From: Heptranchias perlo
Taxonomy: Eukaryota
NCBI RefSeq assembly: GCF_035084215.1
Contig: NW_027138892.1
Coordinates: forward strand, 186,001 to 250,000
Length of the DNA: 64,000 nucleotides
Reading direction: 5' to 3'
Position numbers and translations under genes: made by a program. Below, piece after piece: positions 10,746 through 26,095 of the stretch. Within the stretch, counting starts at the first letter, position 1. Each line of letters opens with the position of its first letter. The notes below the pieces were generated by a model. That model was not told the DNA's origin, did no database searches, and worked only from the letters and a program-made list of their open reading frames with translations.

Positions 10746-11589
10746 TTAATAACGAGCGGTCAATCTGCAAGGCCAGTTTTACACCAGATCACCAAGCGGA
10801 AAATGTACCCCAGAGAGTCTGTAATTATTCGTTCTGGGAACTGAAGTATATAGAAATTCAAGACAATAAATTTTCTGAATTTGTACATTTCCTGTGACCA
10901 GAACCACGACCATCTCCTGTGGAACAAACGGATTTGTGTTAACATTGCAGAGAATCCATTGGAAATCCACATTGTGAATTGAAACATTCAGCATTGTACA
11001 AATTCCGGATTGGTGTCGGTCTTTCAAACATTATCACAGACACTCGCTTTATTTCATCTTATTCATCTCTCTCCCACCGTGAGATAAATATCTAACCCTC
11101 TGACACCAAAATCAACGAGCGACATATGTTTTCATCACGTTCATCGCGAAGAACTAATGGATCATCTTTAGTACAGCTGATTCAGACACTCTGAGAGGTC
11201 TCTTTGGGCCTCTGTGAATGATCAATGAATGGATTGAAAAGGGCAGGTCAGTTAAAATCTGATTTTTTACCGTATTAACAAACAGCCAAGTGATTAGGAG
11301 ATTCTAATTGCCAGTTTAGTGCAGACACCATGTGATGAGTTCAGCACTCACTCGAAAGCAAACTGAGAGCTGGTCTGTTTCTGGCTCTGTGATATTGGAA
11401 GGAGTGACTGGTCGTGTTTCAGGGGTCTGTGCTGTGCTGATGACTGGAGCAGAAAAAACATCTTTGGGCTGAAATCGACACCTGATTCTTTGATGCCTCG
11501 TGTGTTTGGACCTTTTGAACATCTGCTTTGCTCAGACAGCCTGTCATTGTCCTTCTTACAGAAACAAATATATGGAAAATATACAATCC

Positions 11590-12242
11590 TAGAATCTCAC
11601 AGCACAGGAGGCCATTCGACCCATCGTGCAGTGGCCAGCTCTTTGAAGGATGTAACCGATTACTCCCATTCCCGTGCTCTTTACCCATAAACTTTGTAAT
11701 TTTTATCTTTTCAAGTATTTATTCAATTTTCCTTTTAAAGTTACGATTGAATCGAGCTCCACCATCCTTTAAGGCAGTGCGTTCCAGATCATAACAATTC
11801 GCTGTGTAAAAAATCTCCTTATTTCCCTTCTAGTTCTTTTGCCAATTATCTTAAATCTGCGTCCGTTGGTTGCCGACCCTCCCGCCAGTGGGTGAAGTTT
11901 CTCCTTATTTACCCGATCAAAACCCCTCTTAATTTTGAACACGTGGATTACTTCTACCCTTAACCTTCATTGCTCGAAGCAGAACAATCCCAGGTTCTCG
12001 AGTCTCTCCACACAACTAAACCCCATCCCTGGTATAATTCTGGGAAATCTCCTCTCCATCCTCTCCAAGACCTTGACATCCTTAATAAATTATAGTGCCC
12101 AGAATTGGACAAAATACTTCAGATGAGGCCTGAACAATGATTTATAAACGTTTAACATAACTTCCTTGCTTTTGTGTTCTATTTCTCTATTATTAAGCCA
12201 AGGAACCGGATGCTGTTTTAACGGTTTCACCAACTTGTGCTG
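11590..12242 (-). mobile_element. CR1 LINE 3' fragment; mirror at ~52128-52780(+)
   Basis: Mirror ORF FKIKRGFDRVNKEKLHPL...RRFFTQRIVMIWNALP; CR1-type 3' end gatgggtcgaatggcctcctgtgctgt. Confidence 0.85.
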
Positions 12243-12830
12243 CCGCCCTCCGCTCTAATCCCATTGCCCGTCTCTCGGTCCTGTCCCCGGGCTCGGGGAC
12301 TCTCGGCCGGTCCAGGGCCCTTTAAGAGGGACGCGCCACACTGCGCATGTGCGCCGTTTATTTAAATCAAACCGCGCGATTCAAAGGAAAAGTGACGTCA
12401 GTTTCCGTCACAATAAAAACCGCTCGTTCTCAACCGAAAAAACGGAAAGTTTGTCTCGCGACACAACAGGAAGCGGTCGCTGATCCGGCGGGTGATGTGC
12501 GCATGTGCGAACATTCTCCCAGAGTGCAGCGCGGCCCGTCTCACAGATGGGGCCTTTTCTCCGCCGCTCTGCATTGTGGGAGATTCGGCCGCCATGACGG
12601 GCCCGGGTCACCGAGTTCATCCAATCACAGGTGAAGCTTCCCGGATTGGTGGAACCGACAGAGTGCAGGTGGTCTGTGGAGCGAGAGAATCTCTGAGAAG
12701 AGGGGCAGCCAATTGGGGAAATCACAGGAGGTGGTGACCGGTCATAAACCCAATCGGTGAATGACGGATTGAACCAAGGAAAGGAATGAAGAAACTCGAC
12801 TGGGACCTGTGGGAACAGGCGGACTAATAA
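12243..12830. promoter_or_regulatory. CpG-island promoter, possibly bidirectional
   Basis: CpG-dense island. NRF1-like TGCGCATGTGCG at 12342 and 12498, full CRE TGACGTCA at 12393, ETS CAGGAAG at 12467, YY1-like GCCGCCAT at ~12588, four CCAAT/ATTGG boxes in 12621-12755. Confidence 0.7.
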
Positions 12831-12844
12831 ATTTAACCCGTGTC

Positions 12845-13475
12845 CAGTTCAGGTCACCACATTACAGGAAAGATGGGATTGGACCAGAGAGGGTGCAGAG
12901 GAGATTTACAAGGATGGTCCAGGACTGGAGAATTTTAGCAATGAGGAAGGATTGGATCGGCTGGAGTTGTTTTCATTGAAACAGAGGATGCTGATGGGGG
13001 ATTTAATTGAGGTGTTTAAAATTATTGGGGGCCACGCGGACTGCGTCACTTCAAGGCGGCAACTCACCCCCACCTTCTCAAAGGCAAATGGGATGGGCAA
13101 TAAATGCTGCCCTTGCCAGTAACACCCACATCCCATCAACAAATAAAAAAAGAATATGAAGGTCCTATATCCCTTAGCAGAGAGGCCAATAACCAGGGGG
13201 CATATATTTCAAATAATTGGAAGAATTCGAGGGGATCTGGGGATAATTTTTTTCACCCAGAGGGTGGTGTGGGTTTGAACCTGACTCGCTGAAAGGGTGG
13301 TAGAGGCAGAAACCAACATCGCTTTTTATAAGTACTTGGATGCGCACTTCAAGTCCCGTCACCTGAAAAGGCTGCGGACCAAGACCAAGAGTGCGATTCG
13401 GCTGGATAGCTTTTTCAGCTGGCACAGACAATGGGCCGAATAGCCTCCTTCTGTGCTGTAAATTTCTATGATTCT
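12845..13475 (+). mobile_element. CR1 3' fragment interrupted by a LINE-tail insertion (~13063-13152); mirror at ~50895-51525
   Basis: EEGLDRLELFSLKQRMLMGDLIEV; tail gggccgaatagcctccttctgtgctgtaaatttctatgattctat. Confidence 0.8.
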
Positions 13476-15518
13476 ATAACCCCTAGGTTCAAATGTAACA
13501 TGGCAAAAGATACATGTCTACGGTTCAAAAAAATATCTTTATAGGGAGGGGACAATGTAGAGTTCTGCCCGAAAATGTTGTTCACACAGACTCCATGAAT
13601 TATTTTAAATGGGAATAATAGTGGAGGCACCTTGGAACAGAGGAACATTAAATTGGATGAGGGGGCGAGAGGAAAGTCACCTGTTTCTGTCCTGTAAGAT
13701 CCTAAGCTTCATTGAGAATGAATTCATGAAGCATTTCTACATGGTATTTTGTTGCAACATTTTAAAAATACCCCAAAGTAGTTCTCCTGGTGTCCTGGTC
13801 AGTATATCCAGTTTGTAAAGCCTCCCTGAAATGTTTACATGTAAATCAGACAAGAGTCAGAAGAGGGTAGGATGGCCCTACACTACACTACAATGTATTG
13901 TCATCTATTGGGTTTAATGTTTCCTAACATTATTTATCAATAGTGTGAGGAAGCTGAGAGTGAAAGTGAGGAGGGGCCGTCTGACTGCAGTTTCCACTGG
14001 AAGAAAAATCACCTTGTGTGTAGTGAGCAGAAATGAATTGCTATTGTTAAAAGTTCCCACTAACTTATTATGATTCTACTGCAACAGAACGAGCCTGGAT
14101 CTCCTGCTATGTTTAAACACTAAACTTCAGTGATTATAGCTCAAGTTAAATATTACTATGATTTGATTTAAATGGAGGAGTGGTTTCCACCTGCCAAAGA
14201 ATGTTGTCTGAAGAGGGTGTTTACTGCTAACAGCTCCCATCCTGTTTAATAGACCCCCTGAATGTCTGATTTACCAAAAAGAAAAACCCAGCTCAGTAAA
14301 GATAAACAAATATGCTCTTATTAAATCTGAAGACCATTTTATGAACAAATTTCAGTATTTCAAAGGCAAGGTTGTCCCAGACATGGATTGTACCCAATTC
14401 ACTGTAAAGTTATAAAGACACAGCCAGTTTAACGGCCAGGGGACATAACCTCGAAGTTCGAATTAGGACTTTCAGGAATGAAGTTAAGAGACACTTCTAC
14501 ACACAACGAGTGGGAGAAGTTAAGAACACTCTTCCACAAATGGCAGTTGATGCTAGCTCAATTGTTAAATCTATTATCTCAGGTTAAAATTTTGTTAATC
14601 AAAAAGTTAAGGGATATGACTAAGGCAGGTATATGGAGTTATGTCACAGATCAACCATGATCTCATTGAATGGTGGACCAGGCGAGAGGGGCTAAATGGC
14701 CAACTCCTGTTCCTATTGCCACCCCTCAAATATAGTGAATGATAAACAATAACGTAATCTGAAAAATAGCACTAACTACTTACAATACAATCCTGAGGGC
14801 CTGCCGTGAGGGGAAGCTGAGGATAACGAAACTTCAGTCTGTGCTCACGAGAAGACAGGTGAAATTCAAATCCAACAGAGGTAAATCACAACCGCTGGGC
14901 TCCCCGTCCCTCGCACTCTGTGCCTGTACCCAATGAGCACAACATTGCCCCCTGTGAACATTAATCTTTACACTGGGAATTGGAAATTTACTTGGAGCCC
15001 CAGCCCAACAAAACAAAGATCTTCACACCAGGGGCAGAGATCTTCAATCTTGGAAGAGAGTTCAAGTCCACCCACTTTCAATCCTATTGGTGTTTGGACA
15101 ATTAGCTCCAAATGGGAAAGTTTAGGAGTTTGGAGCCCATGTGCGGATTCGAGTGATCAATGGCCACAGAGCACCAAGGGAATGATTGGGCAGTCAACCA
15201 CCCGGCACCAGTACTTCAGGCCAGTCCCACTGTCCCTTCAGAGCTCATTGACCTGCACAATGAGGGCCTGGCAATCCTTCACCCATTGCTGCAGCCATCC
15301 CTGGACTGGGCCTGGATACACTATTACCAGCCATTCTGCCACGAGTTACATGGACCCATTTCAACCCATTTCACTAACAGGAGGAACTGACGGAGGAGTG
15401 CAGTGTGTTACTAACACGGTATTGAGCACTCATTGTGTCGTTGACTGGAGACAATGAGAAATGAGCAACCAGCCATTAGAAGATACCAGTGGTCACTGCT
15501 TTATTGGTCATTTGATAA

Positions 15519-18367
15519 CTAGTTAAACTGGGTTTGCTTGTGTTTCCTGTTCAGGAACAAGGCAATCCAAGAAGCAGAGATCAGAGAGACAGCGCTCACA
15601 GTCAGGGCCAAGATCAGGACCACCTGAGACGCCACACCTATAAAGCAACAAGAAACCAATGGTTAGTGAAGGAAATACTGAGGGGAAAATGGAAACTAGC
15701 AGTCGGCCAACTCACCACCTGGACACCTCTCCTGCATCCTTTGCTCAACATCATTAAGGGGCTCAGTTGCCAGGTCTGACACATGAGGATCCAGAATGAC
15801 CAAGGGTCCAAGTGAGGCCTCACCCTCCCACTTCAACTCAGCATCACTCTCTGCAATATCAAACATTCCAGTTAGAGGGTAAAGGGTGACCTCCAACATA
15901 GAGGATCAATGTCCTACCAGGTCCAGATACAAGATCCCTCCTTCCTCTGGAATCAGGTCGGAATTCCCTTGTGGCACTGCAGCTGCCCAGATGACAACAG
16001 GCACACACGTCATTGGTCGATTCTTCCAATGGGGTCCAGCTCAACCAGAGAATCAGTTTATCAACCAGGTTGTCCATCACCCTTTAATACAACACATCCC
16101 TGAGCGAGAGAGGGAACTTACATATTCTGGAAAGTACAAGCTTTGTTCATGGAATCTCTCCGATCCACTGCAGCAACTTTCAGGTGACAGGTGATGAAAA
16201 TCTGAGGGACACATTCAATACAAGTTGTTATTGAGTGACCTCCTCCCAACATGGGGAACCCAATGTTTGGCTTCCTCTTACCAAGGAACGGTCATCCCCA
16301 AAGAAGCGGAACGCATCCAGATCAAACTGGAGTTTGTCCAGCTCACGTTCACCTCTTGGCAACACAAAGGTTGAAAAGGAGTCCTCAGCTTTGCTGTCCA
16401 GGAGGCAACTGAAGAAAGATTTAAAAAGGGACAAAGTGAATTAAGTGAACAGATTGAGACAAAACCAGCTGGAGAAAGCAGAGAGCTCCTTACCCATGGG
16501 AGTCAATGATGTTGTATCTTGGGGTGGAATCCTTGTCTGGGCTCAATGTAGCTGCACAGCTGTCAATGTAGAGCTTCAAGGGCATGTGGTTGGTCATTGA
16601 AACAGAGGCCTCAATGTGAATGAGGTCACCCAGGTAGTCGACAGTCGAGGTGCGCTCTGTAAGCCAGTCATCTGAAGTACAAGAGGAAAAGGGTTGGAGA
16701 CAGTGGGTGTAACTCCCAGTGGGAGACAACAGAAAAGCACTCCCCATCCACCAATCACATACCGTTCATAAGACGCAGTGAGAATGACAGAAGCCCTTCT
16801 CCAGACTTGGTCGAGCTGAATGGGATCCAGGTGGGCTTGATAGGGTCACTGCTCACATTGCCCTTCCTGAAACGACAGTACAGTAATTTCAGGACAACTT
16901 CACAGAACTGCACCTGCTGTAGACCTTATTTGCAATGGAGTAAAGATTCTTACCTAAAATAGTGGCACTCAATGGGAATGACTGCTCCATTAGTTCTCAC
17001 AATGACAGATCCACGAGCATTTGGGGTGTGGTTCAGGTGGGTGGTGTCGACCAGGAAATCTCCAGCCATCTGAAATACATCAGGTGAAGGAATGAAGAGC
17101 TGGTCTCATTGAACAAAAGCTATTTCTGGTCATTTTCCTGCCCTGTTAAGCAGCAGTTTGAGGGGTTTCAGCTGCTCCTCAATGACACATGATTGAAGCA
17201 GCTCCACCATTGGTGGATGTTGCCATTGAGCAGCCTCTGTTACTCTGCTCAGTCCACCTTCTATTCCAGGGGACTTCAGGCCTGCAGTCAGAAACCCTGA
17301 AATGATCGGCACAGCCAGATTTGATGAGTATTCTTTCCCATACAGAATAGAGCTTTCACCTTAAGGGGCTTCAAGTGACCCCTGATATGGAGCACAAAAC
17401 ACATCACTTTGAAACCTCATCTGTGCCCATGGAATCAAGGGGATTGGCAGGTGTAATAACCAAAAGTGGAGTTCCCCTTTAATACACTGTATCCCAATTA
17501 TTATTCCAATTGTTTCATCTTTCAAGAGAAGTCTCAACAGGAACTTCCACACTGAACATTCATTGACCACAAGTTGAGGCAACAGGCCTGAATATCCACA
17601 GGAAGGAACGGAAAAGATAAATCAATTGAGGCACAAAAGAACAGAGTGGTTTGGAGAAATGCAGGTGAAGGTTCAAGGTCAATAGAATTGAATCTCAGAG
17701 TTAGAGAGTAGCAATGACCCATTTAAGAAAGATGCAGTCCCTCAGTGACAAGTTGAAGTTCTTTTTAAATATAAAGCGAAGATTGACATGTCAACATAAA
17801 GAAGTAGTTTCACACAGGGTGATACTTCACAGTGGGCAAAAATTTATACACAGATTTCATTCAGGGGTCTCCTCAGTGGCTGGAGTTTCACCCGATGTTA
17901 ATGAGTTCAGAGTGGGCAGTAATCTACACAGTGAAATTGGAGCAAGAGTTGAGGAATCACATTACCTGCAATCTGCTGCCACATTCATGGAGCCCATAGT
18001 CAAAGAGGACAGTGTGGTTCTGAGAGTAGATCCCAGTTGGCCGATAACCTGCTGTCCCCAGGGTCAGGTCAGTAGCTTTAATCAGGTGCCTGGTTCCAAA
18101 TAAATCCATGTCTATCCTCACCAGCAGGTTCTGCTCTCCACACTGCACCATCACAGTCTGCAGTGGAGACAGACTTCTCCCCTCAGACACACTGAAATGG
18201 GAACCAAAGGGAGGGACAGGGGGAGGGACTCTCTGGGGTACAGGGGTGGGTTTTACTCTTCTCCATGGAAATCTCTGCCCTCTAAACTGTTGCCAAATAT
18301 CAGAGCAACAAACCACTCCAACTAACACCAGCACCGAGAACAAACCTCTCACTACAAAATCCCCCAT
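15519..18367 (-). CDS. zp3: Zona pellucida glycoprotein 3 (ZPC), 9 exons: 18367-17966, 17069-16954, 16866-16763, 16671-16494, 16408-16282, 16201-16122, 16039-15918, 15850-15716, 15637-15519
   Basis: Signal peptide, [62 protein letters not shown]...C, furin site RGRR, EHP LGPLVIL, TM helix; AATAAA just 3' of the stop. Splice phases are compatible; the exon 7 acceptor is GAG. ZP-N Cys2 is replaced by Tyr. Confidence 0.92.
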
Positions 18368-18385
18368 GTTCCCAAATAACTCAAC

Positions 18386-18479
18386 TATCACTTTACCCAC
18401 CAACCAGCACCTTTTTTTTTTCTCTTTTTTTTTTCCTTTTTTTCTTTTTCTTTTATCACTTTACCCACCAACCAGCACC
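18386..18479 (-). repeat. 26-bp motif GGTGCTGGTTGGTGGGTAAAGTGATA duplicated around an A-rich spacer (2 copies; 3 copies at 45821-45981)
   Basis: Seen directly, upstream of the ZP3 ATG; period ~67 bp. Confidence 0.9.
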
Positions 18480-18812
18480 CTTTTTTTTCCTTTTTCTTTT
18501 GTGTTTTTTAGGCCCCCCTTTTACAAGAAGCGGGGGGGGGGGGGGTGTCGGGTGTGCTTAAGTGCTAAAAACCAAATAAAACGAAACCAGGCATCAAATT
18601 AAAATTTTATTTTCCTCGTCCAGGATGCACTCCAGCCCCTGCAGTGCCCACCGGTCGCGGAAAGCCTCAAGCGTACCGGCAGACACCGCGTGCTCCATCT
18701 CCAGGGCCACCCGGGCGAGGAGCAACCCGCGAAAGAGAGGCAGACAGGCCGAGCGACCGCCCCCACGGACCGCGAGCATCATGGACCTGTGGATATCCAG
18801 GATGCACTCCAG
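18480..18812 (-). mobile_element. Short Tx1-type 3' end, tail pointing at ZP3
   Basis: RSACLPLFRG...EMEHAVSAGTLEAFRDRWALQGLECILDEENKILI* followed by hairpin and A-rich tail. Confidence 0.9.
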
Positions 18813-20666
18813 TTTCGTCTAGTTTTCTGGTGGGTCAGTGGCGGGTGGACTCTCTGCCGGAGGAGCTCAGGCCTTTCGCCTGGAGTACCACGCACCTCCG
18901 GTACCTGGGAGTCTACCTCGGCCCTGCCGAGGAAGCCTGGCCGGCGAACTGGGAAGAGCTGGAGGCCAAGGTCGCCGCTCGCCTGGCGCGCTGGACAGGA
19001 CTGCTCCGAGTGTTATCCTACAGGGGTCGAGTGCTGGTCATAAACCAGCTGGTGGCCGCCATGTTGTGGTACCGGTTGGTCACTTTGACCCAACCCCCCG
19101 AGTTTGTCGCCAAAATTCAGAGGAAGTTCGTCGACTTCTTCTGGGCCAGAGGGATACACTGGGTCGCTGCCGCGGTCCTGAGTCTCCCGCTTAGGGAGGG
19201 CGGTCAGGGGCTGGTGTGCGTCCGCACCCAGGTGGTAACTTTCCGCCTTCGGACGCTGCGGCCATACCTGTACGTTGAGCGTCCTCTTAGATGGCGTGCG
19301 CTGGCGACGTATTTTTTCCGCCAGCTGCACGGCCTGAACTACGACACGCAGCTCCTGTTCGTCTCGCTGGTGGGCGGCCGCATGTCTTTGCAGGAGCTGC
19401 CTGTCTTTTACCAGGATCTGCTCAGGGTCTGGAACATGGTCGCCTCCGGTCGGAGCTCTCGCCCGTCAGGGGTAGCGGCTGTCCTGCAGGAGCCGCTGCT
19501 CGGGAATCCGTTCCTCCGCGATATCGGCTTCGGCCACTCGCGGCTGTCGGTGCGGAGGGCCGTGGCCGGTCGGGTGACCAGAGTCAGGGACGTCCTGGAT
19601 GGCGGTGGGTCGGGTTGGTTGGAGCCGTGGGCGCTCGCCGCACGGATGTCCTCGTGGCGTGCCGGGGACGCGGCCATCGCCATCCGGGCGTTGAAATCGG
19701 CGCTCGGCCCTGACTCCACTCGGGATGTGGAGGCGGCTCAGGCGTGCGGAGCCATCCCGTCCGACCTGACCCCCGTTCGGACGGAGTTCCTCCTCGGCGC
19801 CAAACCCCGGAACCTCCCTCGGGGGGCCGCGCCTCACAACTTGAGCCGTCTCTCGGAAATTCCCTCCGTGCCGTTTCACACCGCGCGGAGGGATTTCCTG
19901 TACGGGCTGCTCCTGCACACCATCCACTTCCTCGCCCTCGTCTCTCGGCCGGACACGCCCTGGCGTACCATCCTGCCGTCCGGCGGAGACGGGGGTTCCC
20001 AGTGGGGGACTCTCTACTCAGGGATCCTCCCGTGTTCCATCGGGGATCTGGGGTGGAGGGTGGCGCACGGAGCAGTCGAGTGCAACCGGCGGTTACGCCA
20101 TTTCACGGACACCCAGGCCGCTTGTGATTTCTGCGGCCTGGAGGAGTCCGTGTTCCATCTGTACACTGGGTGTGCGAGACTGCAGCCCCTGTTTGATTAT
20201 TTGAAGGGGCTGCTCCTCAAGTTCTGGCTGCATTTCAGTCCCACGCTCCTGATCTTTGGCCGCCCGGTGAGGAGGGGAGCGGGCAGGTCGGTGGACGTTC
20301 TCGTGGGCCTGCTCCTGGGCCTGTCCAAGGTGGCCATCCACAGGTCCAGGATGATCGTGGTCCGTGGGGGCGGTCGCTCGGCCTGTCTGCCTCTCTTCCG
20401 CGGAATGCTCCGCGCCCGGGTGGCCCTGGAGATGGAGCACGCGGTGTCTGCCGGTACGCTCGAGGCTTTCCGCGACCGGTGGGCACCACAGGGGCTGGAG
20501 TGTATCCTGGACGAGGAGAATAAAATTTTAATTTGAACACTTGGTTTTGGTTTGTTTGGTTTTAGTATTTAAGCACACCCCACACCCCCCTCTTATAAAA
20601 GGGGGGCCTAACAAAATAAAAAAAAAGAAAAAAGGAAAAAAAAAAATCTGAAAGTGAAAAAAAAAA
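18813..20666 (+). mobile_element. 5'-truncated Tx1-clade (L1 group) retrotransposon: RT C-terminus plus zinc-knuckle region, frame open
   Basis: LRYLGVYLG, LSYRGRVLVINQL, LPLREGGQGL, CDFCGLEESVFHLYTGC (CCHC), A-rich tail. Confidence 0.92.
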
Positions 20667-21095
20667 TCTGAAAGTTTCTCTTTGTTTCAATCTCTTGGAA
20701 TCATAACTTTGAATTATTTGATAATAATTTGATATTTTCACTGAAGTGGCTTTTCATAATCTGGTCAAGTTTATTACTTGTTAGTGATTGTGATGTTGAG
20801 ACAATATTCAAAGCAATCAAGTTGTCTTGAGTGAATTTGCAAACCATCCATTGGTCAGAGAAATGGAAATTCCATCCCATGGATGGTGTGAATCGTCCCC
20901 AGTTCTAATATAGAGAATGGGTGTGTCTGAGGATTGGCAGCATGGGGGCATCAACTGGGCAAAGCATTGTGGGATGCATCATTTTTAGTTTTGATTCTCA
21001 TGAAATGTTGTTTGGTAAAATTCAGGATATTCAGCGAGAATGAGAGGCAGTGAAGATTACTGAATGCAATGTCACCCACACAAACATCTCCATTT

Positions 21096-21468
21096 GTGTC
21101 AGCTGTGGCTCAGTGGCAGCACTCTCACCTCAGAGTCAGAAGGTTGTGGGTTCAAGTCATCATCTCGAGACTTGAGCACATAATCTAGGCTGACTAAGGG
21201 AGTGCTGTACTGTCGGAGGTGCCGTCTTTTGGATGTGATATTAAATCGAGGCCTCATCTGCTCTCTCAGGTGGACGTAAAATATCCCACAGCACTATTTC
21301 GAGGAAGAGCAGCGGAGTTCTCCCCAATATCTGGACCAATATTTATCCCTCAACTAACATCACTAAAACAGATTATCAGGTCAATATTTCATTGCTGTTT
21401 TTGGGTCCTTGCTGGAGGCAAATTGACTGCCGCATTTCTTACCTTACAACAGTGACTACACCTCAAAG
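21096..21468 (+). mobile_element. tRNA-derived DeuSINE (SacSINE1/AmnSINE1-like)
   Basis: A-box tggctcagtgg, B-box ggttcaagtc, Deu-like core cattgctgtttttgggtccttgctg...aaattgactgccgcatttcttaccttacaacagtgactacac. Confidence 0.8.
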
Positions 21469-21584
21469 GTGCGAACTATGCAGCAGTCAAAGCTACCAGA
21501 TAATCCACACTGACTCCTAAAATTATGGCTCAACAACGTATGAAATGTGGTGACATTGATATCCCAAAAGTGCCTTTAGAGATC

Positions 21585-21890
21585 ATAATATCCAACTATT
21601 ACAGCACAGAAAGAAGCCATTCAGCCCATTGTGCCTATGCTGTCTCTTTGAAAGAGCTATCCAATTAGTCCCACTCCCCTGCTCTTTCCCCCTTCAAGTA
21701 TTTATCCAATTTCCTTTTGAAAGTTATTAAATCTGCTTCCACCACCCGATGAGGCAATTCATTCCAGATCAGAACACTGAAAAAAGTTTCGTGTCACTTC
21801 TGGTTCTTTTACCAATCACCTTAAATCTGTGTTTGCTGGTTCCTAACCGGTCTGCTACTGGAATCAGTTTCCCCTTATTTACTCCATCAA
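21585..21890 (-). mobile_element. CR1 3' end fragment; mirror at ~42430-42735
   Basis: acagcacagaaagaagccattcagcccatt...ctttgaaagagctatccaattagtccc, same tail family as 11590. Confidence 0.75.
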
Positions 21891-23260
21891 TATAAAGATA
21901 TTAACATGGACTGACTGAAGATGGCAATTCTATCACACCCAGTGCAAGTCACAAGTTCCTAAACTTCACTTGGAAACACTGGATAATTACAGCTACAGCA
22001 TCAACATTTGAATCCATTCATAGGGGTGAAGGAGATGAATGGAGAACCCATAGGATTTGGAAAGGTTGATTACAATTTGGTATGGAACACACAATAGGAC
22101 TATAGGCAAATCGACACATTTATGGAGGAGCTGATTGTATTGTGTTTATGAATTGATGGCATTGGGATGTGGAGTTTCAGGCAAAATATCTATTTAACTT
22201 GGTTTAAATGAAATGGTGATCCAGTAGAATTTAGAATTGTAATCTAGTATTAACTGCACAATGGGATAAATACAAATTGATAGATTTATGGATGAGCTGC
22301 TTATATTGGGTTTATGAATTGATGGAACAGTAGTGGTATGGAAGAGTTTAGGAGCCTTATCTATTCAACTTAATGGTTCAAGTTAGTTGTTTAGTGCATT
22401 TACTACGTCTCCCAGAAGGAAGATTTTGTTTGCTGGAGTTTAGTTCGAAGTATTTTTTCTGTACCATACCCAATTTATTATTCATGGGGGAGATTAACAG
22501 GGGGTTGGGGGGGCAGAAGATGAAAATGAAGGGAAATAGACAAACAGGGAACCTGCACTCCCCCATATGAGACCTATTTGACTCCAAACAAACAGTTTAT
22601 TAGGAGTAATAGTGAGTGATTTCATAAGCTACCCCAACTACCTACTGAGGTCTGTAGCATCTTTGGAAAAAAAAGCATCTGGATTGTTCTTCCCCAGGCA
22701 GATACTATTCTTTAAAAAATTGCCTATTGGACTGAAATTACTAGTTCACTTTCCTTGTGTTTTATTGGAACAAAATGTTACAGCAGCTGATTTTGCATCA
22801 TTAATGAGTTAAACAGTTGATAATATGCAGTACTAATAGGAACAGTAACTCATTACTGTATTGTTCTTTGCATTGAAATCAGCAGTAATCATTTTACTGC
22901 ATAAATACAAATTTACACTCAAGGCAGACACATTGGCCCTCAACACCCAAGTCACTACATTGATATGACCCCAGAAGAAAAAATGTCATAGGGCAGAATC
23001 TCACCCGAAAGCCAATACATAGCCCAATGTAATTTGTTACAACAGCTGAATTATGTTAATCTGAAAAATAAGCAATCACTCAATTTACAAGGAGCCAAAA
23101 CCCAGTCTTCTGTAACAGTTTATTTCCAGTTACTATTACATTTCACATCAAGAGCCCAGGTCTCACAGCTCTTAGTACAAAGTCACCATTGCTACAGGAT
23201 AGGGGTTCTTCAGACTATAAACAAGAGTACTGAACAATAAGCTTTATCCCTGCAGTCAGT

Positions 23261-25823
<2,563 letters not shown>

Positions 25824-25842
25824 CTTTAAATTAACTTTAACA

Positions 25843-26095
25843 AAACTAAACAACTCTATTGAAGCAAGAAACTGAAAAACAGCCACCCAAAGCTCCATAT
25901 TTATACTGCTGGTTAATCCTGGGCGTGGCAGCCTAGATGATGAGTGACAGTTGGCAATACCCAATCAGAAATTACATCCTCTCTCAGAACACCAATCAAG
26001 AAAAGGGAGGAGGGGAGATGACACCCAGAGCCAGTCAGAACTTTGAAGGAGGAGCATCATTGGCTGACAATTCAATAAAGATCCAATTGCTTTGA
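25843..26095 (-). promoter_or_regulatory. Ferritin promoter (TATA plus CCAAT boxes) and degenerate IRE
   Basis: TATAAATA at 25905-25898, CCAAT boxes at ~25962, ~25992 and ~26060; TTCTTGCTTCAATAGAGT IRE remnant. Confidence 0.75.

Noticed and set aside
14933-15457. 174-aa ORF (204 aa in the mirror) convergent with ZP3
   Set aside because: No recognisable motif or splice structure; persistence in both arms is explained by the duplication.
18644-20536. 630-aa ORF as a novel fusion protein
   Set aside because: The N-terminal ~55 aa are antisense Tx1 read across the inversion junction from a GTG start. The rest is truncated Tx1 ORF2 without the catalytic RT core, and the mirror copy is frameshifted.
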